Shown piece after piece: positions 49,090 to 62,702 of a DNA stretch of 64,000 nt. Position numbers and translations under genes: made by a program. The DNA is from Chiloscyllium plagiosum. Its lineage: Eukaryota. The stretch spans positions 67,358,588 through 67,422,587 of the forward strand of contig NC_057718.1 in the NCBI RefSeq assembly GCF_004010195.1, written 5' to 3'. Numbering within the stretch: the first letter of the stretch is position 1; the number at the start of each line of letters is the position of its first letter. Below the pieces are notes generated by a model. That model did no database searches. It saw nothing but the letters and a program-made list of their open reading frames with translations, and was not told where the DNA came from.

Positions 49090-49975
49090 TCCTGTCCACA
49101 GAAACAGGTCCACAGATCCAATCTGGTCAGTTATTACTCCATTGGTCTCCTCTCAATCTACTACAGTGATGAAGGGTATCATTGACAGTGCCATTAAGCA
49201 GCACGTATACAGCAATTATCTGCTCACCAAGGCTATCCAGCTTCAGACCTCATTGTAGCCTTGATCCAAACATGGGACAAAGAATGATTTCAGAAAGTAA
49301 GGTGAAAGGGACTACTTTTGAGTTCTAGGCTGCATCAAGAAGCTCTCGCAAAACTGGAGTCAATGAGAACTGGGGGCCATTCTCCACTAGCTGGAATTAT
49401 TCTGGAAGGTGTTTATGACTTTCTGGGGGTTAATCAACTCAATTTCATAACTGCAGGTCTCCTTAGGGTAGTATCCTATCATCAATGCTTCATCAATTAC
49501 TTTCCATAGTAGGATTAAAAATGCAAATACTTGTTGATGATTGCAATGTTCATTATCATTTGTGATTCCTTAGATAATAAAGTGATCCACGTCCAAATTC
49601 TAGATAACAGCCAGTCATGGTTATTAAGTGGCAATTAACATTTATGCCACACATATGCCAAGCAATGACTATCTCCTACAAAAGGGATTCTAACCATCTT
49701 CCACTGACATTCAATAGCATTATCATCATTGCGTCCTTCACTATTGACATACTATGATTGACCAGAAATCAAACAGGACAGCCATTTAATTACTGTAGTT
49801 ACAATTGCAGGCCAGAGGCCAGTAATTCTGCAGCTCTGCACATGCTGAATCCCCAAAACTTGTCCACCATTGATAAGATACAAGGCATAGGTTTAAAAGA
49901 ATAATCTGCACTTACATGGATGAGTGCAACTCCACCATCACTCAAGAAGGTTAACTGCATCTGAACAATGTAATC
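49090..49975 (+). mobile_element. Old CR1/L2-clade LINE RT fragment (other copies at 53140-53760 -, 58565-58930 +, 61080-61830 + and 61860-63930 -)
   Basis: Shared sequence; the 63 kb copy translates as VCPVHKKQDNSNPVNYRPI and INILGVTIDQKL. Confidence 0.7.
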
Positions 49976-50215
49976 CATTGTCAATTGTTGGAAAACCCCA
50001 TTCGGTTCATTAATATTGTCTAGAGAAGGAAACTGTCATCTTTATCTGGTGTGACCTAGATGTTACTCCAGATCCACAGCAATGTGGTTGACGCTCAACT
50101 ACCTCCTGGACAATTAGAGATTGGCAAAAAATGTTGGCCCAGTCAGCAATGTCCCCATCCTGTGAATGAATAAAAAAATTCCCAAGACCCTCAGTCCTGT
50201 TGAATGCACATCTAT

Positions 50216-50946
50216 TATCACGACAAAGCGGCGAGCCCTTCTGTTAATTAAACCAAACACACAGACAAGCTCACCTCACCTCGTAATCTGTTAAAGTATG
50301 AGTGACAGGGAACTACCTAAATTCCACTATTTAAAGAAAAAAATAACAATTTTATTCTTTAACTGTAAAATGAACATTAAACAACAATTTACAACTCTAA
50401 GCATCCTTTCTCTTAAAAGATTGTTATTTACCTCCCACTCTATAACAATATACTGACCCAATAAGGTCTCTATAAATTTACAGCAACTCCATTTTCAAAA
50501 CTAGTCAGCGGCTGTCATCCTCGGTGTCGATCTTTCTCCGTTTGTAGATCTCCTTGAGTCATCTTCGGTCTTCTCCTGCAAAGATGTTTCATATAAAAAA
50601 CGTACCTTTGACAGAGAGTGTTTTTGGACAGTCTTGTCTGAAAATGGCAGGTGGTGCTCTTTCTGGCTAACTGTCCAAAATGCCTGCTTTTTATACACAA
50701 ACATTGGATCATCTTATTGGTTCGATGGTGTCAAAACAGTAAAATTCAATTTCAATTGGGTTTTAGTAACTTGGGGCATAATTTAAACTGATTGCTTAAA
50801 TTCAAATTGCTGTGAAAACCAACTGGCATCTTGGTTACAGCCAAAATATTACATCTTGTAAATTTCCAGCACACTCTGACTTCACAGGTGCTTGACAGCT
50901 TTCACTTTCTCTTAAAGGTACAGTATACGTCTTTAACTTCATAACA
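50216..50946 (-). mobile_element. Solo LTR
   Basis: The minus strand begins TGTTATGAAG and ends ...TCGTGATA (degenerate CA), with an internal AATAAA; 4-bp flanks ctat/caat. Confidence 0.65.
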
Positions 50947-50999
50947 CAATCTCAATGATACTTCTTCTGTCCTGAAGACTACAGGGGTCAAAAGTGGAG

Positions 51000-53070
51000 C
51001 AGCTCCAACTCTGGATTTTGGAGATTAAGTGATCCATCTGCAAGTATGAGAGCTATGTGGATAGCACTTTTCTGGAGCTGCTGAATCTGCAGCTTACTGG
51101 TGTTCATGTAGAAGGAAGAGCCTGCCAAACAACCAAGGGGGAGTAGGCAAGTGATGCAGGAACCCCTTCAACTGGCATTCAGTTTTCATGAACAGAAGAT
51201 GACAATAGTGGTTTCTCTGAGGAAAACAGTCAGAGCTAAGGTTATAGCATCATGAGTGACTTAGCCATACTGCAGGCGAGGAGAATGGTCAGGAATTTTA
51301 ACACTGATAGGGAATTCAATCTTTTGGGGAACAGACAGGCAATTCTTGGACCACAAACTAACTCAGGATGGCACATTGCCTTCCTCATGCAAAGGGCAAG
51401 AATGTAATTGAGTCACTATACAGCTATCCGACATGCGGAGGAAGAACAGCTAATGGTCATTGGTTGAAAATTATCAGAAGCTAGATAATATTTCAGTGGT
51501 AGTAATCTCTGGATTACCACCTATCTAACTCACAAGTGAATACAGAAATAGAAGAAGAATACAGCTGTGTGCTGGGCTTGAAAATTAAAGCAGGAGAGAG
51601 GGTTTCAGAGTCTTAAGTCATTAGGACCAGGTCTGGGAAAATGGGAGCTGTAAAGCTACAAAGTTGGATGGGTTGCCCCTCAACAGTGCCCATGACTATT
51701 TATTATGGCACAGAAGTTTGCTGCTGTTGTTGGGGGCACTTTAAACAGAATGGAAGGGGAATGAGAACTTTAGCATTGATTCAGAAGGAGGGGAGGAAAG
51801 TCAAAAATAGACAGAAAACTACTCAGCAACTTTAGAAGGATAAGAAAGCAAAGGCTAGATAACAGTTAACTTAGGAGTTATTCAGTGCTTTGCAGTATAA
51901 CATCAAAACAAGGAAAATCTGAAATAAGCAGGCTGATAGATACAAGGATAAATAATAATATTGTTGCTACTAAAATTTGATTAAAGAAAGGTGACAATGT
52001 CAGTACAACATGGATGGCATGGTGGCTCAGTAATTAGTACTGCTGCCTCACAGTGCCAGGGACTTGGGTGACTGCCTGTGTGAAGTTGGCCTGCATGGGT
52101 TTCTGTCAAGTGCTCTGGTTTCCTCCCACAGTCCAAAGATTTGGATTGACCATATTAAATTGGCCATAGTGTTCAGGGATGTGTAGGTTAGGTGTGTTAG
52201 CCATGGGAAATGCAGGATATCAGAGATAAGGAATGGGTCAAGGTGGGATACTCTTCGGAGGATTGGTGTGGACTTGTTGGGCTGAATGGCCTATTTGCAT
52301 GCTGTGGGGATTCTATGGATTCTATAACATTGCTGGTTACAGAGTTTTCAAAACAGGACAGAGATGGCAACAATAAAGGGGGCAGTAAAGCAGTATTTGT
52401 TAATGAAACAATCACAGTCGTAAGGAAGGAGGAACTGAGGAATGAAAATAAAAGAGACAATCACACAACTGGAACTATATCATTGATCCTCTAAAAGCAA
52501 ATGGAAGACAGAAGAGCTAATATCCAAGCAAATTGCTTAGAAGGGCACAAACTTTAGGTTGGTACCTTGGGAATTCCAATTGTACAACAATTGACAAAGT
52601 CAGTGTAAATGGTATAGAGGAAGCAGGACTCTTCAAATATATTCAGAAGATTTATTTTTAACTAGTAAGAATGTAGCAAGGCCAACAGAAAAAGGGGCAG
52701 TTCTGGATTTAATTTTATTGTTAGGAAAGCACTCTACTTCTGGAAATCATAATTCAGTTAGATTTAGCATTGGTAAAAAGAGTAAATTAGGGAAAGAATA
52801 TTACTAAGTTGAGAGCGATTTGACAAGAGTGGATTAGATGAAGTAACTTCAAGATAAATCAGCATTCAGAGCAGTGGGAAGGTTCAGAACAAATATGTCC
52901 CCACAAATAAAAATAAATGGATACGTGGAAACCTACACCCTACTGGGTTTTGGAGGAACATGCAGAGCTGAGTTAAAGCAAAACAAAGGGATCTCATGTC
53001 AGGTATAAAGAGTGCAATAATGCAGAAAGCCTAGAAGAATATAGAAAGTATCAAGTGGAAATAAAAAGAA
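51000..53070 (+). mobile_element. Old CR1 ORF1/EN fragment with an HE1 SINE at about 52013-52325
   Basis: Degenerate esterase/EN motifs (IGNS, CLP, VISGL, RDGNNKGG). Confidence 0.65.
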
Positions 53071-53975
53071 AATTGGGCACTGAATCATTTTTGGCCAAAC
53101 CTGAGTTGTGTGTTTTGAGGGGGTTTGTGCACAAGACATAGTGAGTTTTCTCACTGTATACCTCCCCTCCCCATGGTGTCTCTGATGGCATCTTATAATG
53201 TGAGATTCCCAGAATATCTGCGGAAAGGTCAGAATCCCTAATGCCTATGCCATCTATTAAAGACTGCCTCTGCATGTCTTCCTGTACTCTCCATTGAACA
53301 AAGGTTTCTCCCTGGCTTGATGTTAACAGTTGAGTGGGAGATACATCAGCCCATGAGGTTACAGATTGTACTGGAGTACAATTTTGCTGCTGTTGATGGC
53401 CCACAGCAACTTGTTTTGGGTTGCCAGATCTGTTTGAAGTTTGTCCTACTTAGCACAACACAATGGAGGGCATTCTCAGTGTAGGGGTAGAACCTCATCT
53501 CCCCAAGGACTGTGCAGTGATCACTCTTACTGGCACAGTCATAGTCAGATGGGGCATCTATGCAAGCAGATTGGTAAGGATGAGGTCAAGTATGTTTTTC
53601 CCTCTTGTTGGTTCCCTTATCATCTGCCACAGACCCACTCTAGCAGTTATCTATTTTAGGACCTGACTAGCTTGAACAGTAGTGCCATACCATCCACTGT
53701 ATATTCAAAACCCTTGCCACTTTCAGTGCTTCCTCCATGGAGGACCATTGATTCATCAGCCAAGGGAGGATGGTACCTTTCTGATAGTTCTGGGTGATGG
53801 AGTAGTGCAGGGTAAAAGGGGATATGGAGGCTTGGGGGTGTATGGTCTCCAATGAAAAAGTGAGCCCACTGCAGACAGTCTCCTGCACAACTGTGTTCCC
53901 AGTTACAGAGGTCTACAGCACAGGAAAAGGCCCATTATATCAGTGTTAGTCATAAACAACCTGCTGACTATTTTT

Positions 53976-55957
53976 AGTGAATGGAACCAGGTGCATCTTA
54001 TTGACTATGACATTCTTGATTAGGATTGTTAAATTGGACCAATCAGAGAGCACAATATAAACAGGGGAGAACGAGCCCTTTGAGAAGGGTGCTGTTGGTA
54101 CTGGTCACTTGGGTGTTTCCTTTCTTCCTTGTGGTAGAAATTGAATAAAAATTTGTACACCTTGTGTCTCACAAGTGCACACACAACATGGGTGCTGGGG
54201 AAAATATCAGCACTATTGCAATTAGGTGTTAGTGTGGGGGTTAAAAGGAGAAAAAAAAGGAAAAAAAAACAGGGGTGTCGAAGGTCTGTCCACTCTGAGA
54301 GCTGCCTCTGAGGGATCTGGATCAGTGTGAGTGAAGGGCTCTGCTTTTTTTGTCCTGTATTAAAGAGGAGATTAATTCTGTTGGTGTCTTCCCATTGAGG
54401 AGGAATTTATTTTGAAGTTTTTGTTTCTTCTTTATTGTTTATTATGATTGTTTGTTTTCTGGTTTTTCTTTTTTTTGCTTATTTGAAGCTGTGCTGAGTT
54501 GCACAGGCAGCTACCACCATCACTGTTATTGCTGCTACAGTTCGGCCTGCTCCTACTACTGGGAAAAATAAAGATGAAAAAATATAAATGGGAAGCATTG
54601 CCCTTTGTGAAGGGCACTGCTTGTCACTGGCACCTTGAGTGTTTCCTTTCTTCGTGGTGGTGGAAATTGAATAAAGATTTGTACACCTGTTGTCTTTCAC
54701 TGTGTCTCACACTTGCACACACACCATGGGTGCTGGGGAAAATATAAGCACCACTGCTGTTAGGCGGTAATGTGGGGGTAAATGTTACAAAAAACACAGG
54801 GGATTCAGAAGAAAAAAATATATATATATAAACAGGGGGTTGGCTCAGTGGTTAGCACTGCTGCCTCACAGCGCCAGGGACCCAGGTTTGATTCCAGCCT
54901 TGGGTGACTGTCTGTGGGGAGTTTGTATATTCTCCCTGGGTCTGCGTGGGTTTCCTCCTGGTGCTCTGGTTTCCTCCCACAATCCAAAGGTGTGCAAATC
55001 AGGTGAACTGGCCATTCTAAATTGCCCATAATGTTAGGTGCATTAGTCAGAGGGAAATGGGTCTGGGTGGGTTACTCTTCGGAGGATTGGTGTGGACTTG
55101 TTGGGCTAAAGCGACTATTTCCACACTGTAGGGAATCTAATCTAAAAAAAAAGAAAAAGTATACAAACAGGGGATTTAGAATCTCCTCATTTCAGGGACT
55201 AACTGTGAGCTGTCTGGTCCATTCTGGAACCCAAGTCACTATTAAACCACCAAGTCATACAGTTTACATAGCCAGTGTACTATGGAGGAAGAAGTTCTAC
55301 ATGTTGGACTGTGCTGTTAACTTGGTTCTTTTCTGGCTATATAAGCCTCTATTTCTACTGTTACTGCTGCCTGGGCCTACCTGGTTTTGCTGCTGCCACT
55401 CCTGGCTGACCTGGTTCTGCTCCCTAGGCCCTGCTTAAGAACTGTTGCTGCTATCTGGGACTCCTTACATGTGAACTACTGTAGCCTCTGCCCCACTAAG
55501 AATTGGTGACCCCTCACGGCGACAGGCAGCACTACTCTTCCTCATCCTTTTCTCCTCTTCACCCTAGTAACACGGCTAGCCCTAAGGTGACAGGATCTAG
55601 CCACACCTAAGCCGAGGTAGCTGCAGCCTTAGTCTTGACTCTTCAGCCCTGTTGAGACGCCATGCCCCTTTAGGCTCCTGACCAAGGGCCTAGGGTTAAG
55701 GCCTGCCCACATCCCAACATGAACATCAAAATCTGCAGCAAGGCCATGGACAATGTAGTTGGCCCACTGACTATCGTCACTGCAGCCAAAAAATGGGGAG
55801 GCTGTACTTTTTCCTTCAGACAAAAAAAAACAGGGAATTTAGAATCTACTTACTTCAGGGACTGACTCCAAGCTGCCTGGCCATAGCCAGTGTACTATGA
55901 CATGTAAATAAAGGGTGACGTGGTGATGGGACACTGCACTTTGTGCAGTTATTTCAC
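53976..55957 (+). mobile_element. LTR-like element carrying stacked insertions (two Tx1/L1-like tails, an HE1 SINE at 54835-55145, and others), itself inserted in a CR1 3' end (53905-53975 / 55958-56385)
   Basis: Direct repeats 54112-54245/54640-54780 and 55168-55280/55832-55900; recurring aaacaggg junctions. Confidence 0.55.
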
Positions 55958-56384
55958 TATTCTAAACCCATTTTCCGGCACTTGGTGCATAACCTTGTAA
56001 CCCTTGGTATCGCAAGTACACATCTCAATACTTCTTAAATGTTATGAAGATTTCTACCTCTTCTACCCTTCCAGTCAGTGAGTTCCAGATTCCCACAATC
56101 CTCTGGGTGAAAAGCTTTTCCTCACATCTCCTCTAAAGTATCTGCCCCTTGCTTTAAACGTATGCCCCCATCAAGGAGAAATGTTTCTCCCTATATACCC
56201 CCCTCAAAATTTTGTACATTTCAATCATGCCCTTTCTCAATCTCCTCTGCTCTAAGGAAAACAACTCCAGTCTATATGATCTCTCCTCATAACTGAAACC
56301 CTCCAACCCAGGCAACACCCTGGCAAATCTCCTCTACACCCTCTCCAGCTATTGTATCCCTCTTATAATGTGGTTTCCAGAACT

Positions 56385-56800
56385 ATCAATCATCTAAATG
56401 CAAAGTTCTTCTCAAATGGCTGGAACAGTACCCGGAATCATCATAAGTCCAGTGAAGAAAAGAACGTGATCCACAATTGTTAGATATCTTAACATTGGAT
56501 GGACAAAAACATGAAACAGCATTTGTAAAATGCAGCTCTATTGGATTTGCAATCATAGCATTCAAACTAAGGCTGCTTAGGAGACAGATGTTGTTCAAAG
56601 ATGATTTGCTACATAACACTGGTGCTTGTAGGTTGATACTGGGGCATCTCAGTAATCTTAAAGATATTAGCAGTGACACTACAAGGGCCAGTGGTGCTTG
56701 AAGAGAAACCACTGTTTCATTCCAACTGTAAGGCTTTTGTGTGAGCCACATATGTTTGAGTCCTCATCTACCATTAAAGATTGTGCTCAATGCAGTGTGA
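56385..56800 (+). pseudogene. GREB1-like C-terminal domain
   Basis: VLLKWLEQ (LLEKFLQ), DPQLLD/YLNIG at 56485 (HPVLSVDCYLNLG), MLFKDDLLH at 56588 (LLFSGLLLY), RETTVSFQL at 56702 (RQTVVRLEL) and MFESSSTIKD (EFQTANARED). Confidence 0.7.
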
Positions 56801-59800
56801 GGATCAGCGACTGATAGGTGTATGGCTCAGATGGTGTTGCACTGCAGACACCCCTTGTCGCTGACATGTAGTGATCACTCTGCTGGTGTGATTCCTTCAG
56901 CAAATGGCTGCACGTGCTGAGGAGAAATGTGGGTGTCATCCAATTAAGACATATCCTCTAGCACATCTCACTGGGTGCTAAATTGTGCTCCGCCCTCATC
57001 TGGAGGGTTCACCGTCAATAACCACTCTGAGATATAAGAAGCTCTTTCACTCTTTCTGTGCCCAGTGTAGGTCATTTCTGCTGAGAATCCTGGTTGGTGG
57101 GAAATTAGTCACTGCGGCTGTAATCCTAAGAAAATGAAAACATACAGGAAGAGTAGGGCTGATATCAAGCCCAGAAGCAGCTTCAGGTTGCAGTGGAAGC
57201 TGAGGAGCACTCAACTTGGGGATAGTTTGCAGCCAATGGCTCCTCAGGATCTGTGGGAGGAGCAGGAGGCCCAGAGTTTTCCGGCACCAACGTCATTTCT
57301 TGGTTAGGCACAGTGCTGATACAGCCTCCGTATATCCTAGGACAATGATAGAACTGTGCTGGCTGGTGGACCAGGACCTGAGGGTTGTAGGAGTGGGACA
57401 CTATCCCTCCCAGTGGCTGTGAAGGTCACTGGTCACTCAACCTCTATGCAACTAGTTCCTTCCAGGGAATGACAGGAGACCTGTATCTCTCAGTCATGCA
57501 CCTACAAATACATAAGACAATGACTGATGTCACACATGCAAGATCACACCAGGTCATTTATTTCCCCATGACAAGTCAATTTCCAGTTTGAACAGTAGGA
57601 TTTGGGAGCACAGCTGCCTTCTCCCAACTGCAATGTGCCATTAGTACCCATCAGGCATTGAGAGAGCAGTATCATAGCACTGTAGAATTCATCAATAGGA
57701 AAGGGTCCCATTCAATTAATGTTCAGTGATCTATATTTGCACGTTACCATTTTCTGGAGTTGTAGGCCTGCTCACAAAGACCCCTTGGATCAAAATGTTG
57801 AGGAAATAATAATGAGGAACCAGGAAACGGTAGAGGTATCAAATAAATACTTTGCATCAGGCATCTTAGCAGAAAATGCAAATAGTTTTCCAAAATTGCT
57901 AAATAATCAAGAACAAAAGGAGGAGAGGAAATAAAATGCAATAACTATCACTGGAAAAAATGTGTATGGGAAACTAATGTGGCTAAAGGCCAGTAAATCC
58001 CCTGGACCTGATGGAATACATTCTAGGATATTAAAAGAAGATTTATTGGACATAAACTTCAAAGCATCATTAGATTCTGGAAAAGTCCCAGAAGTTTTGA
58101 AACTGCCACTATATCACTTTTATTCCAAAAGGTAAGGAGACAAAAAGAAGGTAACTATAGGCAGTGAGCCTTTGAATATTATTTGGACTGGTCTGGTAGA
58201 ATCCCCCCAGTATAGTTCAGACAGACTGTGCCACATCATCATTATGTACTGTGCTCTGCATAATTGGAGCTGTCAGTGAGGCCATATCATGGATGCTGAA
58301 GAATTGGGAGAATGGACCGTTCTCATGTCAGATCAGTTATGTGGAGCCTGACAGAACCCTATTGAAACCTGCTTTCAATAGATGGGAGCCGGGTGCAGCC
58401 GACATTCATTAACTGCAATTTTTTTTTATCACGATGCAGAAGTCTGGTTGGCATTGTGGGGACACTGTTCAACCTCTGTTGGTAAATTTTCTTTTCCCTT
58501 TTGCTGTGTGTAAATAAAAGCTCATATTTGGATTTATTTACTTCCCTGTCTTTGTGAGATGTTTCCTGACTGAATGCAGTTCTAATAACATTCAAGAAGC
58601 TTGATACCGTCAAGCCTACTTATTTGGCACCATATCCATAAATATCCTTACCCTCTTCCTCCATCACTGATGCTTAGTAGCAGCCATGTGTACTATCTAC
58701 AAGATTCAAAACAGAAATTCATCGATGATTCTTAGACTGCACCCTTCCAAACCCCAAAACCACTTCCATATAAAAGGAAAAGGGCAGTAGATGCATTGAA
58801 AAACTACCACCTGCAAGTTCCTCTCCAAGCCCGTCACCATCCTGATTTGGAAATATATCACCATTCCTTCAGTGTCACTGGGTTAATATCCTGGAATTCC
58901 CTCACTATTGCCATTGTGGGTCAACCAACTAATGAAGCTGTAACAGATATGGAGAGCAACATTTCCTCCCCATTGACACTGAATTCCAATCTGCATAGAA
59001 TTCCCAAGTTAGCATTTATTCTTCATGACCATCTCCACCCTGTGCACCTACTCTGTACTGTGACAAAATTTGTCTGCTTTTGAGGTAATAACTCAGGCCC
59101 AACTTTCAACTGTTAAGTCAGTTCCCTGCTACAGTAATTATCACATATTTTAGCAATTAATTTTATTGATTAATTGATAATAGCTACTTGCTAGGCAGTT
59201 TTTATTATTAAAAACTTTTTATTAAAGTACACATACAAGCTTGCAGAGCACCGTTCCTTTGTCATGTAGCTACCTGATAAGTTGCATTGCTCCGAAACTT
59301 TGTGCTTCCAAATAAATCTGTTTGACTATAACATGGTATTGCATGATTTTTAACTTTGTCCACTCCAGTCAAACATCGGCACATCATAGCTTTATTAGCT
59401 TTTAACAAGTTTTGAGTTTTAAAGTTCCAAGTCAGAATATAAAAGTTAATTCAAATTGTAGCTTGAGAAAAACTTACCAGAGAGATTCCCACCCACACCA
59501 AGTTCCCAAGTTTAGCACATTTTTCACATCATATTCAGTCCTCATTGTCTCCATTTTATTTTTCCACTCTGAAAGCATTGGAACTGGAATAGGTGACCTA
59601 TCGACACAAAGGCCTCAACAGATGGCGAGAGCAGCTGTGACAGCACCTCTGAGTCAGCACCTCAGGGAGTTATGCAAAGATTGCAGAAAGGTCAGTGCTA
59701 TACCTCTGCGAACTTGGAGCTGATTCTACCATTCTCCTTGACAGTGACAGGAGGCTGCCTGGCAGGCGAGCTTATACATCCAATATCTCAGCATGCATGC

Positions 59801-59900
59801 GTTACTGTTCTCCTGTCTTCTACTTATTAAGATCATCAACTAAGTCCTTGGCTATAGTGTTCATCTGACACTTTGCCCACCAGATACCCATGGCCTAACT
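56800..59900. mobile_element. PIF/Harbinger remnants (transposase fragments on both strands plus a Myb-like fragment), interrupted by LINE and Penelope fragments including a CR1 at 57790-58168
   Basis: GFGSTAAFSQLQCAISTH, FINRKGSHSINVQ (about 57688) and QYSSDRLCHIIIMYCALHN (about 58208); minus-strand GY..WMTP at about 56935-56960. Confidence 0.7.
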
Positions 59901-60229
59901 GAGGGTCATTCATGTCTGGTGACTCATCATGGACTAATGTTAATTCTTCTCATAGGAACAGAAGTAGGACATTCAGCCCTACAAACCTGTTCTACCATTC
60001 ACTGAGATCATGGCCGATCTGCGGCATAATGCCATATGTCTGCCTTTGGCCGGTATCTCTTGCTGAAGGAACCACACCAGCAGAGTGATTACTACATGTC
60101 AGAAGTAATCATCAATACTGCTATCAAGTGACACTTGTTTGCCATTGCAGTAGGCAATCTGATAGGGGTACTCAGGTCCAGACTTAAGATTATTATTTGA
60201 ATGGCTGGAAATTGAGAAAGGGGAATGTT

Positions 60230-60895
60230 CAATGAGACCTGGGTGTCCTTGTGTGCCAATCATTGAAAGTAAGTCCACAGGTACAGTAGACAATAAAGAA
60301 GACAACTGCATGTTGACCTTCATAGTGAGAGTATTTGAGCACAAGAACAAGGATGCCTTGCTGCAATTATACAGGGCATTGGTTAGACTACACCAGAAAT
60401 ATTGTGTGCAGTTTTGGTCTCCTTATCTGAAGAAGAATGTTCTTGCTATAGAGGGAGTGCAGTGAAGATTTACCAATTGATTACTGGGAAGGCAGGACTG
60501 ACGTATGAGTATAGACTGAGTTTGTTAGAATTATGTTCATTGGAGTTTAGACGAATGAGGACAATCTCATAGAAACCTATAAATTTCTAACAGGGACTGG
60601 GAAGGTTAGGTGCAGGAAGGTTGTTCCCAATGGTCTGGAAGAATAAGGAGTAAAACCTTTGGAACCGTGATGAAATGAAAATTCTGAGTGGAGAGACTAT
60701 GGAATTCACTACTATCAAAAGTGGTTGAGGCCAAAACATTATGTGTTATCACGAAGGAGGTAGATATAATTTGTATGGTTAAAGGGATCAAAGGATATGG
60801 AGAATGGTGTGATTAAGGTACTGAGCTCAATGATCAGCCATGATCATAGGCTTGAGGGATCGAATGACCTGTTCCTAAGTCCATCTTCTGTGTTT
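60230..60895 (+). mobile_element. CR1 LINE 3' fragment
   Basis: LQLYRALVRLHQKYCVQFWSPYLKK. Confidence 0.85.
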
Positions 60896-62399
60896 CAACA
60901 TGTTTCACTAAAGCTTTCCAAAGACCAGTCATTGGACTTGAAACATCAATTTTGTTTCTTTCTCATCAGATGATTAATTTCTCCAGCACTTTCTGTGTCA
61001 ATTTCAGAATATCTTAGTAAGTTTTGTTTTCTTCATTAAAGCCTTGCTGAAGTGACATCAAGACAACATTTATTCAAATGTATTATCAATTAATTTAAAC
61101 ACAATTGAGTTCAATGAGGATCAGTGAGAAAGCTTCTCAATGTTTGGAGTCATACCTGATACAACAAGAGCCATGCCATAGTGGGCTAAACATTTCAGCC
61201 TCAGGATATTGCTTTTGGACTTTCTTAAATAACATTTGATTATGTTTTTAAGAAGCAATCATAATCAAATCACTGAATAGTGTTCTTATCCAAAAATCTG
61301 TTGCATCAAGAATCTTCTTTGCATTTTATAATCAGAAATGGAGTTGTCTGCTCATAACTGCACAATGTTAACTTTCATTCATAATTTCTTACATAATGAC
61401 ACAATTCATGCCCACATGCAACAAAATTATTAGAGCTTGAGCTAACTAATGATAACTGACATTTATATCATATTAGATACTGATCAGCTGCAAGAAGCAA
61501 GTGTTAACATTCACCAATATCTTTGCCAGATGAGGTATCCTACAATCCACATCGAAGGGTCATCATTGACAGGAAAATTAACTGAACCAGCAACATAAAC
61601 CCTGTATCTATAATAGCAAAGCAAGGATTGAGTATTCCATGGTGTCTTACTCTTCCAACTTATTCTTCAAAGACTTTCCTACAGGGCACAAGTCAGGCAT
61701 GTGATGGAATGGAATACCTTTCCCTTGCCAGGATGAGTGCAGTTGAAAATAATACTCTTAACACTCAACACTCAAGGAGAAAGCAACCCACTTGAGCATC
61801 ACCTTATTCACAATCCTTGGCACTGCTTGATCCACCACCAGCATGCTGTGATTGCACTATTTAATTTTGTTCACCAGCATTTATTGCCTGTCCTTAGTTG
61901 CCTTGAGAAGGCAGTGGTGAGCTGCCTTCTCAAGCCGTTACAGTCCATGTGCTATAGGTTGACCCATAATACCCTTAGGAAGGAAATTCCGGGATTTTGG
62001 TCCAGCAACAATGAAGGAAAGGCAATACATTTCCACATCAGGATGGTGAGTGGTTTGGTGGTGTTCCCATCTATCTATCCTTTGAGATGGTAGTGGTCAT
62101 AGGTTTGCTAGGTGCTGTCTAAGGATCTTTGGTGAATATATACAAGTGCATTTTGTAGATTGTACACACCGCTGCTACTGAGCATCAGTGGAGGAGTGAG
62201 TGGATACAGTATCTACCAAGGTGGCTGCTTTGTCCTGAATGGTGTCAAGCATCTTGACTGTTGTCGGAGTTGCACTCATCCGGGCAAGTGCTGAGTATTT
62301 CATCATACTCCTGACTTGTGCCTTGAAGATGGTGGATTCACTTTGAGGAGTCAGGAGGTGAGTTACTTGCCACAGTAATCCTAGCCTCTGACCTGCTCT

Positions 62400-62702
62400 T
62401 CATAGAATCCTGTGTGGTAACAGGCCATTCAGCCCAAAGAGTCTACACTGACTTTCTTAAGAGCATCCCAACCCAGACCCAACCCCCTACCCTATTTCTA
62501 TAACCCTGAATTTCCCATGGCTAATCCATCTGGCCTGCATATCTTTGGACCGTGGGAGGAAACTGGGAGCCACCTGGAGGAAGCCCACACAGAGACGAGG
62601 AGAATGTGCAAACTCACACACACTTTGTTGCCGGAGGGTGGAATTGAACCATGGTCCCTAACTCTGTGAGGTAGTAGTGCTAATCACTGAGCCACCGTGC
62701 CT
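62400..62702 (-). mobile_element. HE1-type SINE
   Basis: Antisense of ggcacggtggctcagtgattagcactact. Confidence 0.85.

Larger units (their letters stand above)
9544..56800 (+). pseudogene. Large, decayed, TE-fragmented GREB1-family pseudogene (GREB1-N / ASCH x2 / helicase-like core / TAGT glycosyltransferase x2-3 / GREB1-C); a divergent paralog, not GREB1 or GREB1L
   Basis: Many collinear + strand motif matches to GREB1 (recalled from memory) occur in the expected order across the non-repeat islands. There are many in-frame stops and frameshifts, and the reading frame is interrupted by TE insertions with TSDs. Confidence 0.8.
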
